A DNA stretch of 64,000 nucleotides from assembly GCA_004764695.1 (NCBI GenBank), contig SMSO01000034.1, forward strand, positions 2,666,001 through 2,730,000, read 5' to 3'. The DNA comes from Schizochytrium sp. TIO01. Lineage: Eukaryota; Protista; Bigyra: Labyrinthulomycetes. Below, piece after piece: positions 44,974-58,180 of this stretch; position 1 is the stretch's first letter; every line of letters begins with the position of its first letter. A program made the position numbers and the translations under genes. Below the pieces are notes generated by a model. That model was given only the letters and a program-made list of their open reading frames with translations. It did not search any database and was not told where the DNA came from.

Positions 44974-47764
44974 CTCCGGCCAGACTGCTGTGGTCTAGTG
45001 ATGGAAACAGGCTCAGGACAACTTCAGACATCATCTTCAAGCATCCTCTGAGTGGATGCGTCTGAGGTCAAGAAGAAGAGGGAGCTTTCTTTGCCTAGCT
45101 AGAGGCATATGAGCTGCAACTTCGTATCGACTACTACTTATTATGAGCTGTGACCCCTCGATGGTACCTAGCCTCGAGTGGCTACCGGATTCGCTATAGG
45201 CAGGCTAGACGGCACTCCACTGCTCCCAAGAAAGAACTCAACTCCATGCTTTCATATCTGCGTCAAAAGCCAAGTCAAAACGCCTCACTCGCACCTGGGA
45301 GGAGCGCTCCTCGGCCGGAGGCGGCGCCGCTGTGGAGTTTATTTCCCAAGCGCGTCGGCGGACTGGTTTGAGGTGCCCGCTCCCCATGGACTGTGAAGAA
45401 GCGCGGCTGTTCTGCTTGTTCGCGCAGGCAACTTGAACAGCCGCCACCGATCCCATTCGTTAACTGCAAAGTTACTAGCAGGAAGCAGCAAAGGGCGCAT
45501 TGGGACTTTGCCAAGGAAGGGTCACTCCCTCTCTCTCTCTCTCACACACACACACTCACTCACTCACACGCACAGAGTCAGTGGTAATGAGTTGAAATGT
45601 TTTAGCAAGGTGCGTAGAATGAATGCGTAGAATCTCAAGCCAAGAGAACCACTCCGCACTAACAACGCCATTCGCCGTTGTGAGTCAATTATTTAGGCAG
45701 ATGGACGATGGATGAATGAAGGAATAATGGAAAGAAAATGTCACTAACAATGAATGTAGAATGAATGAATGAATGGTCCAATCCATCAACGCCAATGAAT
45801 GAAGGAATGGAGGAATGAAGGAATACCCACTCTCACGAACAGGCAGGTAGGCAGCCTGCCTGGGTAGCACAACAACCTTTTCGCGCGCTTGGTAAACCCC
45901 ACGTCGAAGTGATCGCAAGTCTGCTATAGTTTATCAAGGCACTTCAAGTTACTCTCAAACTCTCTCTCTCTCTCTCTGTCACTTGATTTTATCTTCTGCC
46001 TCGTGTCATCCATCGACCATACAAAGGAGGAACGCGCATGGCCACCACACTACGTGCCACTGTGGGTAGGTAGGTACCCGCTGCTTAGGATTAGCAGTAG
46101 CCAGCCAGCACTCTCTTTATGCTCCAGTGAGAGCGGCTCTTCCTAATCGTAGTTGCGCTCGCATGCTTGCTGCCTTGGGACCATAGTGTGTCAGGAAGCG
46201 CACGAAACTAGAGAGAGCAGGATCGGCAAAGCAAAAGATCGCAGAGCCAATGTGTAACACAAAAAATCCACGCTCTTCAAAGCAGCGGCGGATGAGAGAG
46301 AAACTGAGTGGGTGGATGCGTGAATGAAGGAAGGAAGGAAGGAAGGAAGGAACGAACGAACAGATGACCAGAGCGCCTCGAGACAGTCAGTCCTTGGAGT
46401 TGAGACGGTGGAACCACGCCGAAAGAAGCCGTCTCAACTTGAAAGCCTGACTGGAGCAGTCCCGTGGCCTCACACAAGCCAAGGAGGAGAACAGAACCCT
46501 GAGTAGAATACTCAAAACTCGAAAGAACGAGGTTGGCGCTCCAAGAGTAGATGCCTAGCGAGGTACCTACCTAACTACCTACCTACATATACATGTACGT
46601 ATGCATGTATGTATGTATGTATGTACGTATGTATGTAAGTATGTAAGTATTTTAAATATTCACGGGCGGGAAAGCGATTTGGTTGGTGCATTTCCAAAAT
46701 AAGTTCCATTCCCTCCAGGAATTCATTTGGGCCAACCACACCTTCGATTGGGCCTCCATGAACCAATGGTTGACCGAATTCAACAGAAGAGAAAGAAAAG
46801 CGCCGCTGTGACTTGGAATGTGCAATGTTGGTAGCAGAGGTGGCTCAGTTCGGCCGTAATTGTTTTAAACTCTCTTTCTCTTCTTTCTCTCCTTTTTTTT
46901 CTTTTTTTTCTTCCGTAGAAATATTTTTTACTTTTTTAATTTAAATAAATAACTTGACACCTATTCAAGACAAAAGCCGCGAACTACATTTACAGTAATC
47001 GAGAGCCAAAAGAGCGAGCACGGCCCCATCGCTCCTTGCACAAACTGGCGCCACTGAGGAAAGGCAGGCAGACCTTGAGATCCGAACTCAGGGGAATCAC
47101 AGCTTTGTCCTATCCCTGCGAGTGAAACCTGTATTCTTGGGGGAGCTTTTGCTTCTCGAGCCGTGGCCGCAAGGCAACTGACTGCCTAGGCAGGAAAGTG
47201 ACCGCACGCCAAGGATTGAAAACAGCGATTGCAAAATTATCTGTCAGGACCGAACTAATGGAACTCAGACAAAAGTGTTGCAGCTTGAACCTTAGTCAGC
47301 CTCACTTGGACGACAATTTGAAGTATTTTGACAAGAATGGGATTTGCAATTGGAAAAGACTAAAATAGCACATAAAAATTAAACTCACACTTCTGACCAT
47401 AGGCATGCTCCTAGCATGTCTATAGTGGAGAGAAAAAGGTTCCGTCAACACGAGCTTAAGTAAAGCTTAGTTTTATTCCAAAATGGTTGTTTTTGGATTT
47501 AGTTTTCTGTAACGCGTGCTAATTCAATGTGTCTATTACACCTGCTTCGACGCGTAAGTTTAAAAAAAAAAAGGTTTTCCTCCCTTGTGCTCTTTTTACT
47601 TCTTAAACAAGTGGTTTTATCCTTCATTGAGTAAATGAACCTTGTGGTGGAAAACAAATGAGCGAAAGTCTCGATTGTAAAAAGTATCTCAAAGCAAACC
47701 CGAAACGCAGGAGCCTGCCTACGACTCTCTTTCAGGAGTGACTTAGATACGTCTCCGCAGCAAC

Positions 47765-48562
47765 ATGTTTACTATCCCGAAAGCACTAGGCATTTTTTGC
47801 CTTTTGCTCGTTGCTCTGCTCTCAGCAGCTGAAGCAAAGGATGCCTTGAAACAATTGAAGAAGTCTGTGCGCATGAGCGTCGAGCGCCAAGGAGACCGAT
47901 TTGTCTTTTCCACAAAGTTCAAGCTCCCTGATGGCCTTGAGGAATGTCAAGTCGAAATCGTGGATGGCGTGCCTACACCAATCAATGTGACCCCACAACC
48001 AGTTTATGTTAAAGCACCTTCCAAGGTCCAAAAGCTTACCAAGGTCTTCCTTTTAGAAATTGATTACAACCCGTGTGGCCATATTCCGATCGAATGGTTC
48101 AGTGTCCCGCACTTTGATGTCCACTGGTACCACGAAAATGACGCTGATTTGGACCCTCGCAAGCAGCTTGACCTCTGTGAACCAAACTACGACATTGTCC
48201 CATATGACTTTGTATGTTTCAACGAAGAGTACTTTGCACCTCTTGACGAGGAAGAGCAAGGAAACATTGACTCTCAACTCGTTGAAGACACGCATGGCAT
48301 CAAGAATATGGGCACACATTGGTTTAGCTCGGAGCAAGCTGATGCAGCAGACTGGATCGATCCTGTGTTTATTCAAGGTACCTTCAATGGTACGATCCTC
48401 TTCTACGAATCCATGTTTCCAGTTCGTACCATCACTGAGACAGTCTTTCATTCCTACACCCCCACCTACCCGAACAAAACACATGCTTTCTTTCCTGATC
48501 TCATTGTTAGTTCATCCGATGGTTCATGGATGTATCTGACTGTATACGGTGCTATCCCATAA
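47765..48562 (+). CDS. Secreted protein, DUF5602/TTHB210-like His-motif family
   Basis: Signal peptide (…LLVALLSAAEA|KD). Motifs IDYNPCGH..., VPHFDVHWY, NMGTHW and FIQGTFNGTILFYESM resemble the 'WNPHGH..PHFDFHFY..MGxH..G.YdG..iF.EpM' pattern. The CDS is confident; the family call is less so. Confidence 0.75.
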   Translation: MFTIPKALGIFCLLLVALLSAAEAKDALKQLKKSVRMSVERQGDRFVFSTKFKLPDGLEECQVEIVDGVPTPINVTPQPVYVKAPSKVQKLTKVFLLEIDYNPCGHIPIEWFSVPHFDVHWYHENDADLDPRKQLDLCEPNYDIVPYDFVCFNEEYFAPLDEEEQGNIDSQLVEDTHGIKNMGTHWFSSEQADAADWIDPVFIQGTFNGTILFYESMFPVRTITETVFHSYTPTYPNKTHAFFPDLIVSSSDGSWMYLTVYGAIP

Positions 48563-51500
48563 ATGACTGTTTCAATTTCTTATGAGCCACATTCTCTTAC
48601 TTTTTGAAGAACAATAAACGAACATTTTTATATCTGAATTATATCTGAATAATTGTATCTACTTAATCGAGAGAAAAGCCTCATCTTTGAAACGAAGAGT
48701 ATGCAACAAAATTAGAAATAGTGAGATTCAAGTTTCAATATGTTGTATCAAAACTACCAGAGCCTGCGAAATACTTCATTATTGCTGCCGTTGTCAATGC
48801 TGGTCATCTTTCATAATTCTCAATACTCATTTTCATGATATCAGATTCACCCAACTCCTGGATTATTCATTTATTGCATAAACCCATAGGCTATATACCC
48901 AACCAGGTGTCTTGCAAGAACAAGCTTTCATTATCCAAAAACAAATTGGATTATATAGCCAATACACAAAATTGCAAAAATTGCTGTATTCCAAGCAATT
49001 AGAGGCGCTATTCCACCGTGGATTTGCGAACAACAAAACTTCAAGATTGCGAATCAACCAAAATTTTGTACTAGTTTATATTATAGAGACTCAGACTAAG
49101 CGCTCCGTCTATCACCTTTCGGTAAAACAATTTTTAAGTACACACCATGTTGACTCCTTCATTCAAGTTTGACACCTAACCCCCACAGTTTTAAGTAAAA
49201 CGAAAAAGATGGCTTCCTCATGGTATTTTTTTTTTGGAGAACCCGAGGCATGGGAAGGTAATGGTTCTGCCGCTCTTCTCCAACGACGAAGAGCTCGGAT
49301 GAAATCTCCACAACAGGGACTCCACAGGTATTACTTGGGATCCCGAGGAATCAATGACCGCATTTGGAGCTCCAGGATTCGCTTTCGTCGAGCTTGGGTG
49401 AGAACCCTGGGCAGCGGCCACTATGTTGTGCACGAGACAGCTGTGCCTGTGCGAAAGCCTCCTCCTTGGGGGGCATGGTCAGAGGTGAGCCCGCGTTCGT
49501 GGCATAAACAAGATCGATCAAGCCTGCATAATCGATTTGCGAAGACCCAGGCGAAAGCGAGTTCAAGCCGCCGCTAGTTCTATCAGCATCACTACCCAGA
49601 CATCCATGCCCGAACGAATTCCCGCCCTGCAGCTTCTGCTGCTCCTATTATAGTGTAAGCTGAGCGTTATAAACCTTCCACTGATGATTCCAAAGGGCTC
49701 CTTGCTGCTTTGTCACATGAATCGAGGATATGGTAGTTGCAGTGGAGCGACTTCGCGACGACCAACAAGTTGAATTCCAGCTCTGCTGTCCGCGGCAGCC
49801 TCTCGCGATTTGATGCTGGGACGCCCGCGAAAGCACAGAGAAAGCCCCGCACATACCGCGCAAGACAGAGGGACAACACTGAGCGCTCTCGCATGAGAAC
49901 ACCTAACAGAAAGGCCGACAGGTGTAGTTACCTAGATAGTGTTGAAGATATCACAAAGCGTTGAGAAAGCTCGCATATAGTACCTTGATTCAAGGTATTG
50001 TTTTTTAACAAGTGTACGCAGAGAGAGGAAACAGTTTCGAATTAAGATTAAGGTTTAGCCTGACTTTTGATACTCTCCTGCTGGAGCTTTTGTGCAAATA
50101 TGAAATTCTACTACCATCAAACTCTTGCAATGCGGCAACTTCAAAAACATCAAAATCTAGGCATAGTACTTACACTATTTATTAATCGTATTTAAGATGT
50201 ACTTTCCTTTTATGTACCCTCCAACTATTTTCGCATAGAGTCCTACAAGAATCCTTTCGAATTTTATTAGCCGTCGGATCTAAAAGCAAGATTGAAAAGA
50301 TGCATCTGCATATTCGTCATTTTTTTCAATTGTGAATGCATTATTGAGATCCCGATAGAAGAGATATGTAGATAAATTATTGTTAGAGTTGTTGACAAAT
50401 CATTGTAAGTCCAGGAAGAGCTATAACTTTCACAGCACCAGAACTCGAAACAGTTGCGAACTTTGTAAAATCCAAGGAAATGCAGAACCAAGCGTGGACA
50501 TACATATTCAAGAGAATAAGGATATTTAATCTAAAACTAATGGTTGGAGACACGAGGTAACCTAATTTCTTTAATTATGTATAATGCATATCGACACTAT
50601 CTTAGTCTCTTGATTTGACTTAAAACCAGTCTACAATTTCAAGGACAGAATCGTTGACTGACTCTAAAAGCAATGCTTTTCTTAATCTTCCCCAAGCGCA
50701 TTGCCTCCATCTTCATAGTAATTTTCTCGCTTACTAGATTCACCTTGCCATGTGATGAATTGTAGTTTGGCTGTATTGTTGCATCACCTTCGGAAGCTTC
50801 TATCAACGAAAGAGTTGGGGGACATGTGCTGTAACAAAGTTGAAATGGTGTTGAGAAATTCTGACGCTTAAGGATTATTAGAATCATAAGCTATGAATAC
50901 CAAAATACTCCTTTCAACTTATTCCTGAGTAACCAAAGGTTGACTGGGGCGATGAAAGCAAGACGCTTGGAAAGTGTGATGGAGACTGACAAAGTCATTG
51001 TATGCCCAGGCTTATAGAGTTAGCGATCTGTTGAACTTGGAGATTGAAACCCAGGTTGGTTGGTTCATATTCTAATTAGAGTCTAAGGCTGACTGTGTCT
51101 GTGTTATTACGCAGAACTCTCAAGAGATTAGGTTGGCTCGTTTTCTCCACCACTAAATTAGTTGTCCTTTTCTAACAATCAAAGGATACTTTCATTTTCA
51201 AGTCTCCTTGGTCTCACACCTTCTTATTTGATAGTCGCATTCTTAACATGTATAAGTTCTAATAGTTCACGTGACTCTTCAGTTGGAAATTCTAGCACAT
51301 ATTAGGATATAAAGATATCCTAATGATATTGGAATTAGTTCATTAAAGGACCACTTTAAAACATCATTCCATGGCTCAAAACCATCTAATGTTTGATCGT
51401 CATTTTATTTGTGTCTTTGCTGAAATCATAAATAGAAAACTCATGTGTGCAATTTATCATGAAGGTCCTTGACAGATCATTGTAAGTTCTAAACTATTAG

Positions 51501-53203
51501 GAATCAATAAGAATAAGAACCAGACACTCAGATTTATTGTTGTGAAGCACAAAGACCTGAAGGATTGAGAGTGCGCTGCATCCTCAAGAGAGTATGTAAT
51601 GGGTGACACCTAAATAAGGTATTGAGGAAACAGATCAAGCTATTCTCAATCTATTTGTGAGTAATGCTGACCAAGTATGTATCTATCGTCTCTTAATTAT
51701 AAACGTTTTCCCTTGGTATTCATCTTCAAGGTCAGCCGATCGCTATATCTAAAAGCCCAACTACACAATGCATTTTCCAGTCTCCATCACAGACCTCCCA
51801 AGCGTCCTGCTTTCCCACTTGATCTCTAGTTACTCTGAAATTTGTTTCCAGGAACTTTCAGCGAGGTACCTTTTCCATGTAGTCTGATATTTAATGATGC
51901 ATTCTTGTCCCTGCCTATACATGTGTTTTAGTGGCTGCTAAGATACTGCTTTACTATGTGTAGCATTATATTTGGTTCGCACCCTCTATCACAGTATGTT
52001 CGACTTATGTATATCACAAGATTGAATGCAACTAATCGTTGGCTCTGAATGCTATTAGTGTAGAAACACGTTTCGCTCAACAAAAAGATAGTCGAGGCAC
52101 TCTTTTCAATGCTTTGACCGGGAGTTTTGAGATCAGCAACCGAAGGCATATGCAAATAGAATAAGACAAGGTTTTTGTCAATCCTTCATGAAACCAAAGA
52201 TTTCACATACACGCTTAAACTTGCATAAACATTCTAGTTGATGGTAATGAAGACCAGAGGCGTAATAAGTAATTGAATATCCACTTGTCCTCAGCTATTA
52301 CTCATCAATAAGGATCTGCAAAGAAACATTGTCCTTCATGATTTTCCTGTCTAACTTCTGTGCAAGCCCTATTTCTTTTGCGAAATTACATGTACTTCTG
52401 GAATGGAATTCCAAGATCAATTGATTGCTAACTCACAACCATCAATGTTTTTGTATTTTTAAAACTTTCTCACTAGCACTCAGGGCTCGTACCCTGATCG
52501 TTTCTCAGCAATCTCTAGCTTGACCTATCTTAGCTTTCAGAGAACTGCATGTTTGTTTCTTCTACTTCAGCAAATGGTTGCTGTTCGAAGGCAAAATCTC
52601 TGAACTTAACTTCTCCCGTGTGCATTATACATTTCCTAAGAGTTGTTGCAAGAAGAGCATTCATTCTTTTTCATCTATCACCCATAACCGATGTGAACTC
52701 GTCATAATATCTTCAAATACCAAAGATGGCTCCTCTCAAAGCTTTTTTCTCCCAAACACCTTTGCTTAAATTCAACTAGCTACTAATCGCCAGTTACTCG
52801 ATTTGGTGTCCACGCACATTTCCCTGTGTGTATATGTTTGACCTAGTAAAAGTTTTCAACGAGGTAGACTCAGGCTGGTGAGAGATCGTTTCGTTGGGGC
52901 AAGTTTACTCAAGAATCCTCAGCCTCAGTGACAAAGTCAATTTGTTAGGATAGGCCTGGGTTAGTTCTACCTCTAGCTAGGCGAAACAAATAATTTATTG
53001 ATCAATGAAGAAAGATAGAAAGAAACTCTGCGACAAACAAGCAACTCAGCCTAATCTGACAATCGAAAACACGTCCAGGTGCGGGCTAGCACGAGTCCGC
53101 AAAGAGTAGCGACGCCAACTAGCTGTGCGATTTCTATTGCGCTTTTTTGTGCGCTGGTTTACCTATTTTATAGGGAAGGAGAGAAGCGCTTGGGACAGGT
53201 ACG

Positions 53204-54028
53204 ATGGGATCGACTCTCAGCACTCCTCTTATGGGCGTCGTTCGCGATGGATTTGCGATTCAAGTAGCTGCGTGGGTTGTGGCCGCTACACTTCAGACGG
53301 AGAGGTTTTACGATGCAGTTGGAACCAGTACATTTTGGTGGCTTACAATCAAATCGTTTGGACTACGTAAAGAAAAACTCTTGAGAAACTATGTTAATAG
53401 CGGTCTTGTCTTACTCTGGTCAGGGCGTTTAGGCAGCTTTCTCGTTCAAAGAATGCTCAAGGATGGGAAAGATAGCCGCTTCGATGGAGTTCGTAACAAG
53501 CCTGGCAAGTTCCTTTTCTATTGGCTTATGCAAGGCCTCTGGACCGTCGTTACTGGGCTTCCTGTGTACTTGATCAACTCCAAAACATCTGAGGATCCGA
53601 AGGACTCGCAGGAAACAACAATGCAAGACATTATTGGATGGTCAATGTGGGCTATAGGATTTGCTCTCCAGGTTGCAGCCGATTCACAAAAACGTGCTTT
53701 CCGTGCAAAGCCAGAAAACCACGATAAGTTCATAACATCAGGCGTTTGGGCTTGGTCCCAGCACCCTAACTACTTCGGAGAAATGCTCATGTGGGCTGGC
53801 ATTTGGGTTTCAAGCTCATCTCAGATGCAGGGCGTCGAGCTTGCCACTATCCTTTGTCCTTTATTCAATTTCTGTTTGCTTCGTTTTGTGAGCGGTGTAC
53901 CTCTGTTGCAGCATCATGCTCGAAAGAAGTGGGGCTCTGATTCAACTTGGCAACAATACCACAAGCAAACACCCCTCCTTGTGCCCAACCCCACGCTCGA
54001 ACCAGTTCAGGCCACCAAACAAGATTAA
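53204..54028 (+). CDS. DUF1295 / steroid 5-alpha-reductase-like integral membrane protein
   Basis: TERFYDAVG, WSGRLGSFL..R..KDGKDSRFD, ADSQK, FITSGVWAWSQHPNYFGEM, VSGVPLL; multiple hydrophobic segments. Confidence 0.92.
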   Translation: MGSTLSTPLMGVVRDGFAIQVAAWVVAATLQTERFYDAVGTSTFWWLTIKSFGLRKEKLLRNYVNSGLVLLWSGRLGSFLVQRMLKDGKDSRFDGVRNKPGKFLFYWLMQGLWTVVTGLPVYLINSKTSEDPKDSQETTMQDIIGWSMWAIGFALQVAADSQKRAFRAKPENHDKFITSGVWAWSQHPNYFGEMLMWAGIWVSSSSQMQGVELATILCPLFNFCLLRFVSGVPLLQHHARKKWGSDSTWQQYHKQTPLLVPNPTLEPVQATKQD

Positions 54029-56685
54029 TGATTAAAGCAGTTGGTAAATTAAAAAAGTGGCTTTGTGATTAATTAAACGAACATCAAGTAGAGCTTATTT
54101 ACCTATCATTTGAAGTATTTTTTTGTGGCACAGAAAGTTTCTTTGCTTTTCCATTATGAAAAGTACCGATACGTTGTGAAATAGATTCCAGAGGCTAGTA
54201 CCTATTTCCTCCTTAATTCTTCACAATATACCAAGTTTATTTCTGAAGATACCATGAACACTTTTCTTCTTGTCCTTTTTCTTCTTTTGACAGTGCAAGG
54301 AAATTATTTGGGTTAGCATTATTGTCACAGATACAAAACAGGTTTCTGGAAAGGTCACATATAACCAGCGAGCGCTCTTTTTCTAGCTAGTTTGTTTGTG
54401 ATCGTCAGAAGTTAGATGTTGCGTGCTACGAACGAACACACAACGAAGTTTCTATTATGGTGAAGGATGGTCTTCACCGAAACTTTGGATTTTAACCTTG
54501 TTGCACGTGGTGTGTTCTTTTTTAATCTGTAAAGAAATAAGAAGAAAAGAGACAAGGCTCGCCCCTTGCTCAATTTGCATAGCAAAAACCTTAGATAATG
54601 GCCACTAGTTTTGTGACACTAGTAGCGAGTTGCCCATGCACATAGCAGAAAGTAGGAAAGTCCAATGAAAGCCGGTGACGTCTTTCGCTGCCGTGAATTA
54701 TGTTTTTGCTGCCAGGAGCAAAGGATGCCACAGCGGTCATACGTGAGCGAAGTAGAGTTATTTCCCTTGCCTCCTTCTGTGTGTAAGCTCACGCTAATCT
54801 CCTCCTGCTACAACACCTATCATGACGCTATTTTTCCTGAACGTTGGTCAAAACCATTGGGTAGGGAGCAAAACACAGGTCTCCAGGATTGTTTGCACCT
54901 GAATATCGATTGATTGACAAAATCATCACAAATGTTTGCTTCATATGTTTAGCATAAGAGGTATATTATAACTGCAATTAACCTTAGATCAGCAAAACAA
55001 TTTGGCCTCAAAGCTGAAGCGTTGTCGGTAAGCTTTCGCAATCAATAATTCGTAGGGTGGGCCATGATTCACTAGCTACTGCGCAAACCTGTCCTTCTAG
55101 ACTCCAACGATTTCGAACGAAGCACCCTCAGTGCAATGCTTCACTTGTTCGAGCAAAAGGGCAGAGGGCGTGCGTGTAATACAAGACAGGTTTCGCCAAG
55201 ACCTAGACCAAGTTGAAGTTGAGAGATGCAATGCTCTGAGACTACGAGGTGAGAGAAAACCAAGTACTGCTCTAAAGCTTCGGCGATGAATTCGCAAGAT
55301 ATCGTGTAAGGATCCTATCATTAGCTGTGCAACCATCTCCGTTTAGAGAATGTTTCGGGTTGGCATCATTGGTCAAGTTTCGCAGATCAAGCGAAGCATG
55401 CTACAGTATCTCTTTCTTTCTTTTCTTTCCTCTTCTTTTCTCTTCTTTTCTTTCTTTTCTTTTCTTTTCTTGCTCAACCAATGCAACTTTGAAATTTTCC
55501 TTGGAGAACTAAACAAATTATAAAAAGAAGGAAGTTGATGGCTTTGAAAGCCGGAGAGGTTAAAGCCAAACACGGGCTCGTCTAGCGCGCTCTTTTGCAC
55601 GGACTGCACGTGTGTCCTTCGGGTCGCAACTATTGCTTTGCAGATGAACAAACTGCTCCTTTATACAATGTTGGCGTTGTGAAAGCTGCAGAGGAAATGG
55701 CCAATGCGCTGCTCATCCGCGGCACTGTCAATGGCGATTCTTTAGAAACAGAGAACTTTTCTTGGTTCATATTTCCTTACAACTTATAGATAGATAGCTT
55801 TCTCTCATGCATGCATGAATGGTGTCTGCTCTTGGAGCGCACGACTTCGAAGCTGGAGAGCACGCGGGCGAGCGAGCGAGGGAGGGCGCAAGCAAGTAAG
55901 CAAGCAAGCAAGCAAGCAAGCAAATAAGCAAATATGCAAGCAGCATTTGACCTTTTTGTTTCGTGGGGACAAAGGATAACCGGTTTGAATCGCCAATCTT
56001 GAAGGTAGAAGGAGCTCATTAGACCAAGTACCCAACACCTGTTTGTAAAGTAGGTGGGAAGACAGCCGTATTTTTAGAAAAGGAAAAGCTGACCTTTCAC
56101 TATTTAGTTGCTTTACTTTGCTTTACTTTGCTTTACTTTTATTATTTATTATTTATTTCAAAGCGCTCGGAGAGAACTTTATAAAAGAACTCGTCGAGAC
56201 TACCATGTAGAGTATGTTGCGAGAGGACAGGAACGCTCGTCAGCATTCTTGACAACAAGATTTGACTTTCATTTGACATTCATGTATTATCAACTTCAAG
56301 ATAGTCATCTTAAATTGTCAAAGGTCGTCGTTATAAAGCGGAGGTAGCATCAGAAGCAACCAAGGACGTAGTAGGTATGCCATCTTGATCTTTTGTATTT
56401 CTATCATGAAGCATGAAACACCAAGATTTTGCAAATCAGGATAGCGTTCCTTGAGAGAAAAAGAGAGAGAGAGAGTGAGCGAGTGAGTGATCTTCGCACT
56501 CTGAGTTCGCTGATGATGGCGCTACACCCCCCCCAATCTTGGAACACCTCGCCTCCAAGTTGCCAACGTGACAGTTGTTGACAGGAGGTAGGCAGATAGA
56601 TGTAAGCCAGGAAGAAGGTAACTAAACTAACTAGCTAGGCAGGCACTACAAGAAAGCACGGCAGCGCATCAACAACAAAAGCAAA

Positions 56686-56717
56686 AATAACAACAACATC
56701 AACAACAACAACAACAA
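56686..56717. repeat. (AAC)n imperfect microsatellite
   Basis: Direct read. Confidence 0.8.
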
Positions 56718-57109
56718 TAAAACTGGCAGGACGGGATTCGAGTTAACCCGAGCAGTATGTTCAGGCTCCATCAAAGCCGCTGAGATTATCTATTTGAAGC
56801 CAGCTACATGTTAGGAGTGGTGTCCTGATGAGGTAATGCGCTGTGACCCTGATTTTGATGTCATCCACCATCTGCGGCGGAATCTGAAGCACTTGAAAGA
56901 AAGAGAGAACACATTTATTATTTTATTATATTCAAGATCACGTGTGCGAAGACTAGGAACTTATTCATTTGAAGTACACAGCATTTGCCTAAATAGCCAC
57001 AGCAGGAGCAGCAGCAGCAGTAGCACTCTCTTTAGTAGCCAGCTACCCGACACTAACCTAGCTATGATGATCTATCCAATCGAAAAGAAAGAAAGAAAGA
57101 ACCTAAAAG

Positions 57110-57140
<31 letters not shown>

Positions 57141-58148
57141 AGGCCTGACCAGTGGCTGAGCGCATCGCTATAGATAGAGTGTAGAAAGAGCAGCACAGGT
57201 TCGGGGGGATCAAGGCGATCCAATTATACGCGAGCAGATATTTATTCCAAGCAGCTACTACTACCGCTTGCAAAAATACACAGCTCGCTTGCCTCAAATT
57301 ATCATCATCTGCAGCGGCAATGGCATTGCATAAACTAATTCATCAGTCAGAAGTTAGTTAGTTTCACATACATAACAGGCGCCATGATACTAGGTAGGTA
57401 GGTAGTAGCAATTAGGCAGCATTAGTACGAGTGAGTGTATTACTCTTAGGGTACGCAATAGACAGTGAGATAGAAGGCGGCAGCATTGGTGGACAGTCGC
57501 TGGTAGCCCTGTATATACTGCAAACAATACCAGTTACCCTTGTAAGGGCTGCTCATAGAAGATACCCATAGCAAGACTTTGATCATTTAAAGTTTGCTTC
57601 AGATAGATGCACAATCCTTCTGCGAGCATGATTGGAAGAGTGAAGAAGTGAAAAGACGAAGGAAAAACGCGGATCTTGGGACCATAGAAGAGAATCAAAA
57701 TAATGCAAATGCAAATGCAAACGCGGCATAAACGCGTTGATTCAACTGGCTAATCGAGAAGAATCAGATGAAATCTTCAAGTTTAACGAAAGCGTCTTCG
57801 TTTGTTTTAGACAGATTCAAGTTTTACATTTTAATTATTTTTAATGAAATACCACCATGTCTTGTATGTTACGCCTCTTTTTAATAGTTTTAAAGTTTTA
57901 AAGCCTTAAGTAAGGAAGTCAGGCAGGCTTCTTACGTTTGTCGAGCTACTCATTGATCTATTGATTGAATGATTAAATGAAGGAATGAAGGAATGAAGGA
58001 ATGAACGAACGAACGAAACCTAGCAAGAGTCAGTCAGCATTCAGCCTGTCGGCATTCATTCATTTATGCATTTGTCTATTCATGCTCTCTGTTTAAATCA
58101 TGGTGCGTCTTTTTGGAGTTGACAGCTTCCGTGTCTTTTGTTTGTTTG

Positions 58149-58180
<32 letters not shown>
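58149..58180. repeat. (TTGC)8 microsatellite
   Basis: Direct read. Confidence 0.9.

Noticed and set aside
56723-56755. tRNA 3'-end-like (minus: CGGGTTAACTCGAATCCCGTCCTGCCA) or SRP helix-8-like (plus: CAGG...AGCAG) sequence
   Set aside because: The T-loop has a 4-nt insertion, no D arm, anticodon arm or acceptor pairing could be built, and the spacing does not fit SRP helix 8.
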